Shown in pieces: positions 19,714 to 30,777 of a stretch of DNA of 64,000 nucleotides (positions are counted from its first letter, which is position 1; every line of letters starts with the position of its first letter). Below the pieces are notes generated by a model. That model did no database searches, had not been told where the DNA came from, and worked only from the letters and a program-made list of their open reading frames with translations. Source of the stretch: Candidatus Bathyarchaeia archaeon. GTDB lineage: Archaea > Thermoproteota > Bathyarchaeia > Bathyarchaeales > Bathycorpusculaceae. Made by a program: the position numbers and the translations under genes. The stretch is from NCBI GenBank assembly GCA_049512935.1, contig JBEKWR010000006.1:1-64000 (forward strand), written 5' to 3'.

Positions 19714-21831
19714 CTATTGTCCGCTTGGGAGATAATACACTTGGCTACCGCCGTTTGAATAAATCAGGTCAGTTTGGTTGAGAATTGGCAGTATTGTGTC
19801 GTTCCAAGTTAATTTTTCGTAGTTAACGCTGAGGGGGCTTAAGCCCACGAATTCACCAGAATGTAAAACGGTGGTGTTCGAAAGATCCCCAAAATACCCT
19901 GGGTAGATGGACCCATAAGCTACTAAAGCGTTGTAGAGTCCATAATCAGCGACGAGATTATTCTGGTAGGGAACATTATTTGAAATCCATTCTGAACTGT
20001 ACATGCTGTTGCTGTCGACGTAACCGTAGTTTCCGTACAACTGTAAGGGATCCATTCTGTACCCGCTGAGGGGAATAGACCAGCTCTCGGTTTTGGTTGC
20101 TTCATAAACGAAATTTGTCTGAAAGAGAAAATATGGTACCAGTATGGCAACAACCAGCAGTGAAAACAATATTGTTTTCTCATGTTTGAAGACAAACTTG
20201 ACAGATGTCCACATGCCTATCACGCAGAAAGGCGCTAAGAACATCAACAATATGTGATAGAACCGTGTCATGTTCAAAGTGTCAGCTAATCCTGGGACCA
20301 CAATCAACGCCACCAAAAGCGCGGCGGCGAACGCGCTGAACGCTGCGTAGTCTCTATCGAAACGGAAATGCGTCTTCTTCAAAATTAAAGCCACTATGCC
20401 AATTGCAATGAAGATTTCTGTCAAATACGCGAACGCTCGGCTCACAGTGTTTAGCATTGAAGGGGACTGCGCTAAGCCTAATCCGCTTAACACTTCTGTT
20501 CCTCTGGATGCGGGGGTAAAAATCCCGCCAAATTGCGCAGCAACCTGAGCGGCATTCAAGGTGAAACTGTTGAAAACTACTGCACCCGAGGTGAAAATAT
20601 ACCAAGCGAACATCACCACAAAAAGAAAAAGAATCATGCTTGCTTTCAGATTAATGCTTGGACGTTTTAGATAGACCGATGCAAGCCATCCAGCAAAAAT
20701 TAGGAAGAGGAAAATTTCCGCCATTGCATAATGTGACAAGATTAAGCCAAGGCTGAAGATCGCGAAACTTGTGAATTTAACTTCTCCCTTGATTTTTTTG
20801 TTTAATAATACAAGTAGCAATAAGACAAAAAATAATTCAGCGATCATTTCCCGGTTTAACCCAGTTAATTCAGTGAAAAATGTTATGTCAGCCATGAACA
20901 GAAAGGCTGAGAAAAAAGCAAATTTCGTGCCAATGTAAGGCTTCCATAAGAGGTATAATCCGAGCGGGACCAAGGCGAAAATGGCGGGGTAAATTATTTT
21001 GAATACCCATGTGAGAGAAAGCCCCGTCATGTTCGAGTAAACTGTTGGAAGAATGGTGATGCTTAGCATTGAGTTGTATCTGCCGTACACTATGTTAGAA
21101 GCGATTGGGAATACTGGATTCCAGTGGGAAAGGATTTGAGTGGTTGTGGCAACGTAAAGTTCGTTTGCAGAGTCGCTTCCGTAAGGCTGAATGAAGTTAG
21201 ATGTTAATGTAGTTTGAAATAGCAGTGTTATTGCAATTATAAGAATTGCGAAGGGGTAAATGGTTGTAAGTTTTGAGTTGAAAGCCACGACAGTGAACAG
21301 CAGGGCGATTAATGCTATCGCGATTAATAAAAATAGGCTGTTTCCAGTTGCGTTGACAAACCATGATCCTACAAAACTCAAGAGAGGAATTAAAGCTAGG
21401 ACCAAAAAAGATGGGGAAATGATTTGATTTTGAGGATTGACATCTTGCTTTTCTTTTCTCTGTCTAAAGTAAACAATCGCTGTGCCCGCAAGTACAAGTG
21501 TATTTATGAACAAGGACAATGGTAAAGTTGAAAGTGGAAAGCTAAATCCGACAAGTGAATCCAACTCGTTGATTAATAGTCCTGAAAGCATGAGAAAGGC
21601 TACGCTGAAGCCCACTGAGTAAAGTATGGATTCAAGCGTGCCGAGTTGGAGTTTCAAAAGTTTGATGAAGATGAATCCCGGTATGAAGGTCAGATAGATA
21701 ATTCCCACTGTTTCTCTAACGAACGGGAAATTAAGGAAAAGCGAAATGTACATTGTAACTTGTAGAAAAATCACGATGGCTAGAAAGTTCTGTGAAAGAA
21801 GTTTCTGGTCAATACTCATTTTAATGTTCAC
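19714..21831 (-). CDS. Multi-pass membrane protein (DUF2206-like, GT-C/polymerase-like)
   Basis: Many TM helices; GSDSANE, SHY, TRFYHI and C-terminal IYSNG motifs typical of archaeal glycosylation-cluster membrane proteins. Confidence 0.7.
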   Translation of the reverse strand: MNIKMSIDQKLLSQNFLAIVIFLQVTMYISLFLNFPFVRETVGIIYLTFIPGFIFIKLLKLQLGTLESILYSVGFSVAFLMLSGLLINELDSLVGFSFPLSTLPLSLFINTLVLAGTAIVYFRQRKEKQDVNPQNQIISPSFLVLALIPLLSFVGSWFVNATGNSLFLLIAIALIALLFTVVAFNSKLTTIYPFAILIIAITLLFQTTLTSNFIQPYGSDSANELYVATTTQILSHWNPVFPIASNIVYGRYNSMLSITILPTVYSNMTGLSLTWVFKIIYPAIFALVPLGLYLLWKPYIGTKFAFFSAFLFMADITFFTELTGLNREMIAELFFVLLLLVLLNKKIKGEVKFTSFAIFSLGLILSHYAMAEIFLFLIFAGWLASVYLKRPSINLKASMILFLFVVMFAWYIFTSGAVVFNSFTLNAAQVAAQFGGIFTPASRGTEVLSGLGLAQSPSMLNTVSRAFAYLTEIFIAIGIVALILKKTHFRFDRDYAAFSAFAAALLVALIVVPGLADTLNMTRFYHILLMFLAPFCVIGMWTSVKFVFKHEKTILFSLLVVAILVPYFLFQTNFVYEATKTESWSIPLSGYRMDPLQLYGNYGYVDSNSMYSSEWISNNVPYQNNLVADYGLYNALVAYGSIYPGYFGDLSNTTVLHSGEFVGLSPLSVNYEKLTWNDTILPILNQTDLIYSNGGSQVYYLPSGQ

Positions 21832-22185
21832 CGAAAAAGCAACTATTCTCTATTATCTGCGGCTAATTTCAGCGCCATTTTAGCCGTTCAAAAATGGACT
21901 TGCTCAATAAGCGCAAGTTTTTGTACTCTTTGCGTTCCTTGCGCTCTAATTTGCTCTTCAAACGCAATGATTTATCCGCTTAGCTGGAGGTAGCTATGGC
22001 TTTGGCAGCTTGCTGATTAGTGGAGCATACGTTTGGTATCATGCTTACTGCGCTTCGCAAACTTGTCAAGTGGACTTCGCAAGATCTTCGCTAAAGTTGA
22101 CAACGCACGTTAACGGGTTTTTCAAAAACTTATAAAACTGATTAAAGCGATAGAGGGGCTTCGAGATTCAGGAAGAGAGAGAAAA

Positions 22186-23946
22186 ATGAAAACACATACG
22201 ATAGGGAACACACTAAAAGCCATAAATCTTAGGAAATTTGCAAAGCCAGCAGTTCTATGCATAAGTGCATTGTTCATCATAAGCATGCTGTCAATGTTCG
22301 CTTCAACTGGAGTTCAGGGTGCGTCGGCGACGTTGCCGCTGCACACAACGGGAGCCCAGATTCTGGACTCAAACAACAACGTCGTAAACATCCGCGGCAT
22401 GGGCATAGCAGGCTACCTGCCCGACCTCATACTCTGGGGACAAGGCGGCAGCGACAACTGGGGCGATCAATGGACAGCAGCTTCAAGCACAGCCGCAACG
22501 CAGACGCTCCAGGAGCTGTCAAGCACGTGGCACGTCAACATGCTAAGGCTGTTCATCTACCCCGAATGGTGGTGGCTAAACACCGTAACGCCCTCGGCGG
22601 AGTCAGGATCAGGCTACAGCACCGCGCCGGTAAGCACGCAGACATTCGTTGAAACACTGGCCAGCGAAGCAGAACAGTACGGCATCTACCTTGACATAGT
22701 TCCGTACCAGCTCACGGCGCACGAGGGAAGCTTCAGCAGCGACCCCTACATGACGCCAAACCAGGGCGGAGCCCAAGGCTTACCAATGATGAACAACTGG
22801 GACTCTGCGGGCCAAAGCTTCATCGCAAGCACTGGCCTGACCGAGCAGGCGTTCTGGACACAGTACTGGACGTCAATGGCAAACGCGTTCAAAGCTTATC
22901 CCAACGTGATCTTCGAAGCGTGGAACGAACCCAGCACAGGAAGCAACAGCAACACCATACCCACCGGGTACATCAGCTATCTCACAACGATGTACGACGC
23001 CATCAGAGCCACGGGAGCAACAAATTTGATCATGATGCAGTGGCAGATGGGATGGGAACCCAACGGCTGGGGACAAACCGACGCTTGGGCAGCACAAATC
23101 AACACCGCACTAGGCGGAAGCCCAACCAACATCGTATACACAACACACCTGTACTACTACTCGCCCTCGGACTTAACGCCCTACTGGAACCAGAACGGTC
23201 TGGACTCCAGCTCAGGAGGCGTACCCATGACCGAGACGCAGATACAGACGCAGCTTCAAGGACTCCAGGCAAGCATGGGCGTTACGGCGCCGCTGGTTAT
23301 GAACGAGGAAGGCGACTGCAGCTCAGGAACAAGCAACATACAGAACGACTACACATGGTGGAACAACCTGCTTCAGGCGCAGAACGCTTTGGGTATCGGC
23401 GCAGGCGCGTACTACTGGCTAAGCAGTAGCGGCCTAGGCGGAACCTTCGACGGCGAAGAACTCCTAACAAGCGGATACACGCCGAACACGTTCGGAACAG
23501 ACTACATCAACGCCTACACGGCAACAACAAGCCCAACGCCCACACCGACCGCAACGCCAACGCCATCTCCAACACCCACACCAACGCCTACACCTACACC
23601 GACCGCTACTCCAACACCAACTCCAATGCCTAGTCCAACTCCAGCGCCAACTCCAACTCCGACGGCGACACCAACCCCGATTCCCACACCAACTCCAACC
23701 TCAGTGCCTACGCCTAATCCAACGCCAACTCCGACTTCACATCCTACGCCAAACCCAACTTCCGCACCAACACCAAGCCCTACCGCGACACCTAAACCAG
23801 CTTCATCCACACCAGCGCCTACTGCCTCTCCTAAACCGCAACATGCCAACTTCGCTACCAATCGACATCATAGAGGAGGGAGACAACACGGAACAATGTT
23901 TGCATTCCCATTCATGTTCGTCTTCAAATTCCCTTTTTCTTTTTAG
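22186..23946 (+). CDS. Secreted GH5-family glycoside hydrolase with Pro/Thr-rich tail
   Basis: Signal peptide; LHTTG.QILD, NMLRL, FEAWNEP (acid/base Glu), HLY, VMNEEG (nucleophile Glu). Confidence 0.85.
   Translation: MKTHTIGNTLKAINLRKFAKPAVLCISALFIISMLSMFASTGVQGASATLPLHTTGAQILDSNNNVVNIRGMGIAGYLPDLILWGQGGSDNWGDQWTAASSTAATQTLQELSSTWHVNMLRLFIYPEWWWLNTVTPSAESGSGYSTAPVSTQTFVETLASEAEQYGIYLDIVPYQLTAHEGSFSSDPYMTPNQGGAQGLPMMNNWDSAGQSFIASTGLTEQAFWTQYWTSMANAFKAYPNVIFEAWNEPSTGSNSNTIPTGYISYLTTMYDAIRATGATNLIMMQWQMGWEPNGWGQTDAWAAQINTALGGSPTNIVYTTHLYYYSPSDLTPYWNQNGLDSSSGGVPMTETQIQTQLQGLQASMGVTAPLVMNEEGDCSSGTSNIQNDYTWWNNLLQAQNALGIGAGAYYWLSSSGLGGTFDGEELLTSGYTPNTFGTDYINAYTATTSPTPTPTATPTPSPTPTPTPTPTPTATPTPTPMPSPTPAPTPTPTATPTPIPTPTPTSVPTPNPTPTPTSHPTPNPTSAPTPSPTATPKPASSTPAPTASPKPQHANFATNRHHRGGRQHGTMFAFPFMFVFKFPFSF
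23525..23835 (+). repeat. Coding (PT)n low-complexity repeat
   Basis: [14 protein letters not shown]... about 100 codons. Confidence 0.9.
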
Positions 23947-23998
23947 ATAAAAAATTAAGAAATCTCGATTTTGCTTCAGGAACTTGAAAAGGCAAATA

Positions 23999-24592
23999 TT
24001 AATTTTTTGGGCTGAATTTGTCTATGAAAATATCTATGTCTTTATAGAAATAGTCGCGGTTTGCAGCTATTTCTTGGTCAGGCCAATTCCACCACGCTAT
24101 CTTAAGAAGTTTAGCTCTTTGCTCTTCATCGTAGCGGTAACGCTTAACTTTCGCAGGAACGCCAGCGGCAACGGCGAATGCTGGAACATCACGAGAAACG
24201 ACTGCGCCCGCCCCAATTATGGAGCCGTCACCGATCCTTACTCCTGGAAGAATGACCGTGTTTACTCCTACCCAAACATCGCTGCCGATAATAACGTGGT
24301 TACGTTTCAGCGGCAAAGAGTACTCTTTTTTCCAGCCGCCATAAAGTGCTGCTACGGGAAACGTTGATACTCTGAGTCGTTCATGTTGCTTTTCCTCAGG
24401 GATGTGCCCGTTATTCGGGACTATAATACAATTTCTTCCAAAGGAACAGTAGTTTCCGATTATCACGGTATCGTAAGGTGAACCGTTCACAATGTAAGGT
24501 AGACCCCAGCAATGTCTACCAATTTTCACGTTGGCTTTTGGAAACTTCCGCATTTGAAGTAGGTTGGTCAATATAACTGATAAGCTAACCAT
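23999..24592 (-). CDS. CatB-related hexapeptide-repeat O-acetyltransferase
   Basis: IGNYCS, IIGSDVWVG, IGDGSIIGAGAVV, GVPAKV.RYR, WWNW. Confidence 0.9.
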   Translation of the reverse strand: MVSLSVILTNLLQMRKFPKANVKIGRHCWGLPYIVNGSPYDTVIIGNYCSFGRNCIIVPNNGHIPEEKQHERLRVSTFPVAALYGGWKKEYSLPLKRNHVIIGSDVWVGVNTVILPGVRIGDGSIIGAGAVVSRDVPAFAVAAGVPAKVKRYRYDEEQRAKLLKIAWWNWPDQEIAANRDYFYKDIDIFIDKFSPKN

Positions 24593-24631
24593 TCTAACTT
24601 ACCCGATTTCCTAGAACCAGTGGAACTCTGC

Positions 24632-25567
24632 TTACTTTTTGTTGCTGGAAGCCCAAAATCTGAGTTTGAAATCTTGGATTTGCCCCTTCATGAAACCGAA
24701 AGTCCAAGCCGCACGTTTTAACCCGTAATGAAAAGGCAAAAGAAAGACAGTCTTTTTGCCCAAAAACCTGTAAGCTTGAAAGGAATAAAAAATGCCTGCA
24801 ACAAAACCTCCGATTGGTGTCATGCGAGGTAATGAGAATGCGCCTTTTGTTTGACGAAAGGTTCTCTGAGAGCCGTACCCGTACCAGAAATATTTTTTCC
24901 ACAGATCTTTAGGCTTCGATAATCCGCCATGCAGCTCGATTAGTTCCGCCGTATTGGGTCTTATCAGCCAGCCTGCTTTCCTAATTCTGAAAACTAAGTC
25001 AGTGTCTTCACCCGAACCACTGATGCGCTCGTCAAACCCATTTACCTGCCTTAAGGCTTTGACTCTGAAAGTCGAGCCGCCAGCGCCGATCAGCTTGTCA
25101 GTTTTCCAAATGAAACTTCTGGGCTTAAGGAAATTTAGTTGGTCAACAATGTTGGGAATAACTTCAAGGTTTAGCATCATGTTGTCGGGCACAATTTTGA
25201 ATATTCCTGCAGTCACCCCCACTTTGGGATTTTTCTCCATGACGCTGATCTGCTCCTTAACGTAACCACTTGTCAACACCTCATCGGCATCAACAAAAAG
25301 CAGGTATCTTCCGTCTGCGTTATTTACTATTAAGTTTCTTGCGTGCCCCAAACCTCTTGACGAGTTTTGGAAAAATTTTGCCTTCTCGCCGAGAACACGT
25401 GTATAATCTTTGATAATTTTGGAGGTTTTATCTCTGCTTCCATCGTCTACGAATATTATTTGTAATCGTTCATGGGGAAAATCTTGGTTGATTACGCTTT
25501 CAACGGCGTTTCGAAGCATATTCTCTCCATTACGCACACAAATGCCGACGGTAACAAGAGTTTCCAT
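24632..25567 (-). CDS. Glycosyltransferase family 2
   Basis: VDDGSRD, ARN, FVDAD, GFDE, GED. Confidence 0.92.
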   Translation of the reverse strand: METLVTVGICVRNGENMLRNAVESVINQDFPHERLQIIFVDDGSRDKTSKIIKDYTRVLGEKAKFFQNSSRGLGHARNLIVNNADGRYLLFVDADEVLTSGYVKEQISVMEKNPKVGVTAGIFKIVPDNMMLNLEVIPNIVDQLNFLKPRSFIWKTDKLIGAGGSTFRVKALRQVNGFDERISGSGEDTDLVFRIRKAGWLIRPNTAELIELHGGLSKPKDLWKKYFWYGYGSQRTFRQTKGAFSLPRMTPIGGFVAGIFYSFQAYRFLGKKTVFLLPFHYGLKRAAWTFGFMKGQIQDFKLRFWASSNKK

Positions 25568-25625
25568 GCTTAACCACCGTCAAAAGTGTCTAACGCCAGT
25601 CACGAAAAGAGAGCTGAATTGATTT

Positions 25626-26582
25626 CTATCGCGTTGAAGCTAATCTGTGACTTTTCATAAATCCTAAGAACCAAGCTATTCTTTTGAAGACATAATGAAT
25701 GGGCAGCAAGACAGCCGCCTTCTGATAGGTTAACTTGTATGCTTTAGGAACCCTAGCAATTTCCGCGGCTACAGCAACTGGAGGCAACAACTTTGCGATG
25801 TTAACCATGTCACGGTTTTTGCTTAGCAGAGATTGCCAACCGTAACCGTGCCAGAAATACTCATCCCAAAGAGACCGCCAAGTTTGACGACGCTTCTCAT
25901 AGAAAACGGCGTTTGTAACGTAAAGCTTCCAACCTTGCTCCCGCACGCGGTATTCTGCATCCATGTCTTCACCGACGCCCTTAAAGTTCTCATCAAAACC
26001 GCCGGCTTCTCTTATGGCCTGAGTTCGGTAAATACAGCCAGATGTTCCAAGGAATTTCGAGTCTGTTTCTCCTTCATCATGGAAATTCACGAGAAACTCC
26101 ATGTTCTCAAGAGCGGCTACAAGATTATCTGCCCTGTTCAGGGCATACTTACCTTTTCCAATTCCGACAAAGGGATAAGCGTTCATGAAGTCAACCTGTT
26201 TGCGGATAAAATCACTTGGCAATTCCATGTCGCCGTCAACCCAAACGACATAGCGCCCCAAGGCATTTTGAACAACTGTCTGCCTTGCTTTTCCTAAACC
26301 TTGATTTTCAAAGAAAAATCTGTGTTTAATACCCGCATTGAGTAATCGTTCCTTAATGAGCGGGACTGTTCTGTCGCGGCTTTGTCCATCCACAACTAGG
26401 AGCTCCATTAGTTCAAGCGGATAATCCTGAGAGATTATGCCATCGACCGATTTCTCGATAGTGGCTTCTGAGTTTTTAACGCATAAACCCACAGTAACTT
26501 CCACGTCAGCTGGCAGTCGGCTCATCAAGTTTCCCCCTTTCAGATCAGGTGATAAGATGACAAATTTTCCGCAGTCAACCAA
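25626..26582 (-). CDS. Glycosyltransferase family 2
   Basis: VDGQSRD, WVDGD, GGFDE, GED; paralogue of the adjacent GT2. Confidence 0.92.
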   Translation of the reverse strand: MVDCGKFVILSPDLKGGNLMSRLPADVEVTVGLCVKNSEATIEKSVDGIISQDYPLELMELLVVDGQSRDRTVPLIKERLLNAGIKHRFFFENQGLGKARQTVVQNALGRYVVWVDGDMELPSDFIRKQVDFMNAYPFVGIGKGKYALNRADNLVAALENMEFLVNFHDEGETDSKFLGTSGCIYRTQAIREAGGFDENFKGVGEDMDAEYRVREQGWKLYVTNAVFYEKRRQTWRSLWDEYFWHGYGWQSLLSKNRDMVNIAKLLPPVAVAAEIARVPKAYKLTYQKAAVLLPIHYVFKRIAWFLGFMKSHRLASTR

Positions 26583-27700
26583 ACACGGTCATCAGGCTTT
26601 GACCACAACGAAAACTTTTGACCAAATAGAATCGCAAAGATTGACACAAAAAGCAGGATATTATTTTCAAGAATCTGATAAATGTAGAACCTTACTTGAG
26701 GTGCAAGCAGAAGCAAAGAGAAAATTAAGAGCAGAGGGTAAGACACCACAAGATAGAGTGTTAGCGCCGAAAAGACGACGAAAGCGATGGGTGACACGAG
26801 GTAAAGAAGCGTATTCGGAACCACAATGCTTTTTGTTGACTTAACTTTTTTCTTAGCTAACAAATCAAGATACTTGGCGAAAACCCTGATTAACTGATTT
26901 ATTCTTCGGAGCTTAATGCTAATCTTGCCTTGGAAAGTTGTTGGGAAGCTGGAGTAGAATTTTGCTTCTTTTACGAGCATAGCCCTATAATTATTTTCGA
27001 TTAGACCAATTATTGTGCCGCAGTCGTCTGAGCCGGTTGCGTAAGGGTCAAACTTTTTGAGAGCCTCTTTTCGGAAGGCGCTGAAGCCGCCCTCAAGGAA
27101 AACGGTTGATCCAGCCTTAGATTCTCCAACCCTGAGATAATTTGCAGATTTTAGGTAGCGTTCCTCCATCCGCGTTATCCAGGTTTGTTTTGAATTGAAA
27201 AGAATTTTTGGTCCACCGATAGCGCCAACCGATGGGTCGGCTAAGTAAGGAACAGCCTTCTCAAGGATGTCTGAAGGCCAAAAGCAGTCGGCATCTGATA
27301 TTATGATTACATCGCCATTGCAGCAGGTCAATGCTTCGTTTAAGGCTTGGGATTTTCCATGCCTTTCGCTTTCAACCATTAACTTGATGTTTACGTCTTT
27401 CTTATTTTCTGAAAAATCCCGGATTATTCTAACGGTGTCGTCGGCAGAGTTGCTGTCAACGATGACGATTTGCACGAGGTCTTTTGGGTAGGTTAACTTG
27501 CTTGAGTTTTCCAGCTTGTAGCGGATTATGCCAGCTTCATTATATGTTGGGATGATGATCGATACCTTAGGCTTGTAGGCGTAATCGACCCTTGTAGGCC
27601 AAGACGCGTTGGATTTGTGCTTCATGTACAAAAAAATGAATGCAGGAGGCCCCAGAGCTAAAGCCCCGAATGCGAACCAGATTGCTAAGAAAAGAAGCAT
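26540..27700 (-). CDS. Membrane glycosyltransferase family 2 (PgaC/IcaA-like architecture)
   Basis: N- and C-terminal TMs; IIPTYNE, GKSQALN, SDAD, SDD. Confidence 0.88.
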   Translation of the reverse strand: MLLFLAIWFAFGALALGPPAFIFLYMKHKSNASWPTRVDYAYKPKVSIIIPTYNEAGIIRYKLENSSKLTYPKDLVQIVIVDSNSADDTVRIIRDFSENKKDVNIKLMVESERHGKSQALNEALTCCNGDVIIISDADCFWPSDILEKAVPYLADPSVGAIGGPKILFNSKQTWITRMEERYLKSANYLRVGESKAGSTVFLEGGFSAFRKEALKKFDPYATGSDDCGTIIGLIENNYRAMLVKEAKFYSSFPTTFQGKISIKLRRINQLIRVFAKYLDLLAKKKVKSTKSIVVPNTLLYLVSPIAFVVFSALTLYLVVSYPLLLIFSLLLLAPQVRFYIYQILENNILLFVSIFAILFGQKFSLWSKPDDRVWLTAENLSSYHLI

Positions 27701-27727
27701 TAGATTCCCACTTTGAAGCAGTTGAGG

Positions 27728-28660
27728 TTATTTTTCCAGAAACGGCGGCAAAACGTCGCCGGATACAGCCGTGTAAGCTTTTAGCATTTTCAGCTGCATC
27801 CCCCACGAAAGCGAGTGAACAAGGTGGTTGTAATGCGGAAAGCTTTTTATGGCTTCAGCCATTTTAATTCCGTCTTCAATTACGCTTATGTTTTTCATTT
27901 CACCGAGTTTTTCTTTTGCAGCCAAATTGATGTAGGGAATTTTTTTTGGATTAAAACTCATGAGCTTGGCTGCCACAAAATCATTTGCCAGCACATCATC
28001 GCTGGCCATTACGATTCCTAGCCTCTTTGGACATGAGCCTCTGACAATTAAGCCGTCAACCACAACTATGTCTGACTTAACAATTTTATTTGCAGCAACA
28101 ATCACATTTACGATGTTGTCATGGTAAGAATATTTTCTCGGTTTTGATATCGCGCCGAAAATGTTTTTCATGCCGCAGGTAACGCCGATAAAATTGTGCG
28201 TTTTCAGTTTAGGAACATTGATTATTAAATCAGCGTTCAAGAGAGCCTCGTTAAAGGGCAGAGTTACCTCGGTTTTGCCTACTTTGACGGTTTTTTCAAC
28301 TACGTTTCCCTCGCTTAAGTTCATCAAGTTAACGTTGTTTCTTAGGCATAATTCGTCATACTCCAAAATGCTGAAGGCATACTTTGTCTTCATGGCTGAC
28401 GCGTCTGCTTCCGCAACTGTAATGTTAACATCTTTGCCAATTCTCTCTCGAAGGTATTTTATTACAGCGCAAACAACGCGGCCGTCAGTAGTTTCGCCTG
28501 TTGAGGCGTCCCAGTAATAGCAAAGGTTAGGCTTGATGAAGACGTTTTTAATGCCTGCAAAATAGTGATTTAAGCTGTCAATCGCCCTCTTGACAACAAC
28601 GTCAATTTCGCTGTTGGAGAACCGTTGACTCTTAACCGATGAGAGAATAACCTTTGACAT
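27728..28660 (-). CDS. DUF362 domain protein, copy 1
   Basis: IKPNLC, TT, INVPKLKTH, GMKNIFG, VDG, DVLAND. Confidence 0.85.
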   Translation of the reverse strand: MSKVILSSVKSQRFSNSEIDVVVKRAIDSLNHYFAGIKNVFIKPNLCYYWDASTGETTDGRVVCAVIKYLRERIGKDVNITVAEADASAMKTKYAFSILEYDELCLRNNVNLMNLSEGNVVEKTVKVGKTEVTLPFNEALLNADLIINVPKLKTHNFIGVTCGMKNIFGAISKPRKYSYHDNIVNVIVAANKIVKSDIVVVDGLIVRGSCPKRLGIVMASDDVLANDFVAAKLMSFNPKKIPYINLAAKEKLGEMKNISVIEDGIKMAEAIKSFPHYNHLVHSLSWGMQLKMLKAYTAVSGDVLPPFLEK

Positions 28661-29761
28661 CTACTTGACCTCATTTAAGAGATAGTTTGCTTCAACCTGT
28701 TGCATTTCATCAAACGATTTGTCGCTGGAGCGCATTTTGTTCAGTTTATAGGCTGAATCAATTATTCTCATAACCTTCAACTGTTCATCTAATGAAATCG
28801 GAAAATCAGAACCATGCTTTAACGCGTCGAAAAACATGTCCATTATCGTGTAGAAAGAAGAGTAATAGTAAGTGTAAGAAAGGTAACTTAGCCTTCGCAT
28901 CGCGACTTTTCGCATGAGATTAAGCATTCCTTCTTTAACGGCGTTTACGCGCGGATCATTTGGAATATAATGGTCAGTTGAGTCAAAACCGACTGTTCCG
29001 TGCATGTTAACTCTGAAGTTGAAATCTGGGAAAATCGATTTTGAAAACCAGCCGACGTTCACAATTCCTGTGTAATCGTTGCTTTTTGATCTTAAAACTA
29101 ACGTGCCAGCGTCTTCAACGGGCAAATGCATTTTATGATCCAAGTTTGAGTAAGTAACGTTGAAATCGCCCATCAACCAGCTTAAAAGATCTATCAGGTG
29201 GTAGCCTAAATCCAAAAGTGCTCCGCCGCCAGCTAATTCCTTGCTTAGCCACCACTCGGGAACTGGGACAGGCACAACAGCGTGTGAAATAGGCCCGTTA
29301 AGAATCAATTCAGACATAGCTATTTGCGGGTCACCGATTTCTCCGTTATCCAGCTTTTTCTTAAGCTTCTGGACGCACGGGAAATAACGATAGTTTACAC
29401 CAACAAACATTCTCACATTTTCTTTATCAACCTTACTTACTATTTCCTGAGCTTCAGCAAGAGTGCGGGAAATGGGCTTGTCCAAAAAGATGCTCAGGCC
29501 ATTTTCAGCAGCGTAAAAAACGCCTTCTTTCTTTAAGAAATTCGGCAACGATATAATGACGGCATCCAACTTTTCGGCGTCGATCAATCTTGTGTAATTG
29601 TTGTAAGTTTTAACGTGGAATCTTTCAGCATAACAACGGTTTTTTTCACTTTTGTCAGCTCCAGCCACAACTTTAACTCCATTCACACGCATGGCATTAA
29701 GAAGGTGAAGTTGACCCATGTGTCCCAAACCAATAATTCCAACTTTTATCAAAATTCTCAA
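28661..29761 (-). CDS. Gfo/Idh/MocA oxidoreductase, copy 1
   Basis: GIIGLGHMG, DKP, GGGALLDLGYHLID. Confidence 0.92.
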   Translation of the reverse strand: MRILIKVGIIGLGHMGQLHLLNAMRVNGVKVVAGADKSEKNRCYAERFHVKTYNNYTRLIDAEKLDAVIISLPNFLKKEGVFYAAENGLSIFLDKPISRTLAEAQEIVSKVDKENVRMFVGVNYRYFPCVQKLKKKLDNGEIGDPQIAMSELILNGPISHAVVPVPVPEWWLSKELAGGGALLDLGYHLIDLLSWLMGDFNVTYSNLDHKMHLPVEDAGTLVLRSKSNDYTGIVNVGWFSKSIFPDFNFRVNMHGTVGFDSTDHYIPNDPRVNAVKEGMLNLMRKVAMRRLSYLSYTYYYSSFYTIMDMFFDALKHGSDFPISLDEQLKVMRIIDSAYKLNKMRSSDKSFDEMQQVEANYLLNEVK

Positions 29762-29827
29762 CCCGGAAAAATTACTGACTTACGCTACCAAAACTGAAAA
29801 GATTGAAAAGTCATCCTGCGTAATTCC

Positions 29828-30595
29828 TTAAAACTTTACACTTTCCGAGAGAATTCTCTTCATTATCCCCAAACCATGTCTGAGCTTAAGCTTTTTATCG
29901 CCCAGCCTAATTCGATAATCAATCGGAATTTCCACAATTCGGTAACCTTTACGCCCCACTGCCGCGTTCATTTCGGCTTCCACATCGAAACCTTTGCTTT
30001 TAGGTTTCCACTCGTCGAGTATTTCGCTTCGAACAATGCGGAGACCAGACAGAGGATCACCGAGTTTGATGCCGTTCAGTACTAACTGAGCAAACGCAAG
30101 CATTTTGTTGCCTAAGTAAAACGAGTTTGTCATCGATTTACCCAGGTTGTGTTCGCCTTTGAACCTGTTTCCGATGACCATGCCCACATCAGGGTTTTGC
30201 TCTAAAACCTCGACCATTCTCGGAATGTACTCAGCAGGATAAGTGAAATCGGCATCAATAAAAACGACGAAGGGGACTTTTGAGCTTAGATTTTGGAAAC
30301 CCTGAAACATTGCGTCTCCTTTTCCTTGTCCCTCTTGAAGCAAAACGTCTGCACCCATATTTTTCGCTATTTCAATGGTCCTGTCAGCGCTGTTACCGTC
30401 CACGATGACCAAATAAGGATTATCAAGAACTTTTTGTAGTTCATCAATGGTCGGCCCTATTCCTTCTTCTTCGTTGAGCGTCGCGATGACCACTGATACA
30501 TTTGACCGATACTCCTTGGCGATTTTTGAGTCTACACTGTCTCTATCAGTAAGAGAAGAAATAACAACTGGGGTATTTAATCGAATTTCAGTCAT
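29828..30595 (-). CDS. GT2, dolichol-phosphate glycosyltransferase-like
   Basis: ATLNEE, GKG, DADFTYP, IGNR, DPLSG, FDVEAE, EIPIDY. Confidence 0.9.
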   Translation of the reverse strand: MTEIRLNTPVVISSLTDRDSVDSKIAKEYRSNVSVVIATLNEEEGIGPTIDELQKVLDNPYLVIVDGNSADRTIEIAKNMGADVLLQEGQGKGDAMFQGFQNLSSKVPFVVFIDADFTYPAEYIPRMVEVLEQNPDVGMVIGNRFKGEHNLGKSMTNSFYLGNKMLAFAQLVLNGIKLGDPLSGLRIVRSEILDEWKPKSKGFDVEAEMNAAVGRKGYRIVEIPIDYRIRLGDKKLKLRHGLGIMKRILSESVKF

Positions 30596-30777
30596 AAAAA
30601 GAACCCCAAAAACATAAAAATAGTACTATAAGATAGGCACCAAACCGCGCATTTAAAGCTGTAAGTATTAAAGCTACCGAACAATAAACAGATGTTCTAT
30701 ATCTTTTTCAGCAATATACTTGATATTGCATTCTCAACCGGACAGGGCAGATAAAAGGCAATTAGACAAAACCTATT

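Noticed and set aside
22050-22105. Three CTTCGC repeats in the divergent promoter region before GH5
   Set aside because: Short and irregularly spaced; cannot be distinguished from chance without comparative data.
23514-23861. Gly/Val-rich ORF on the minus strand
   Set aside because: Antisense shadow of the GH5 PT repeat.
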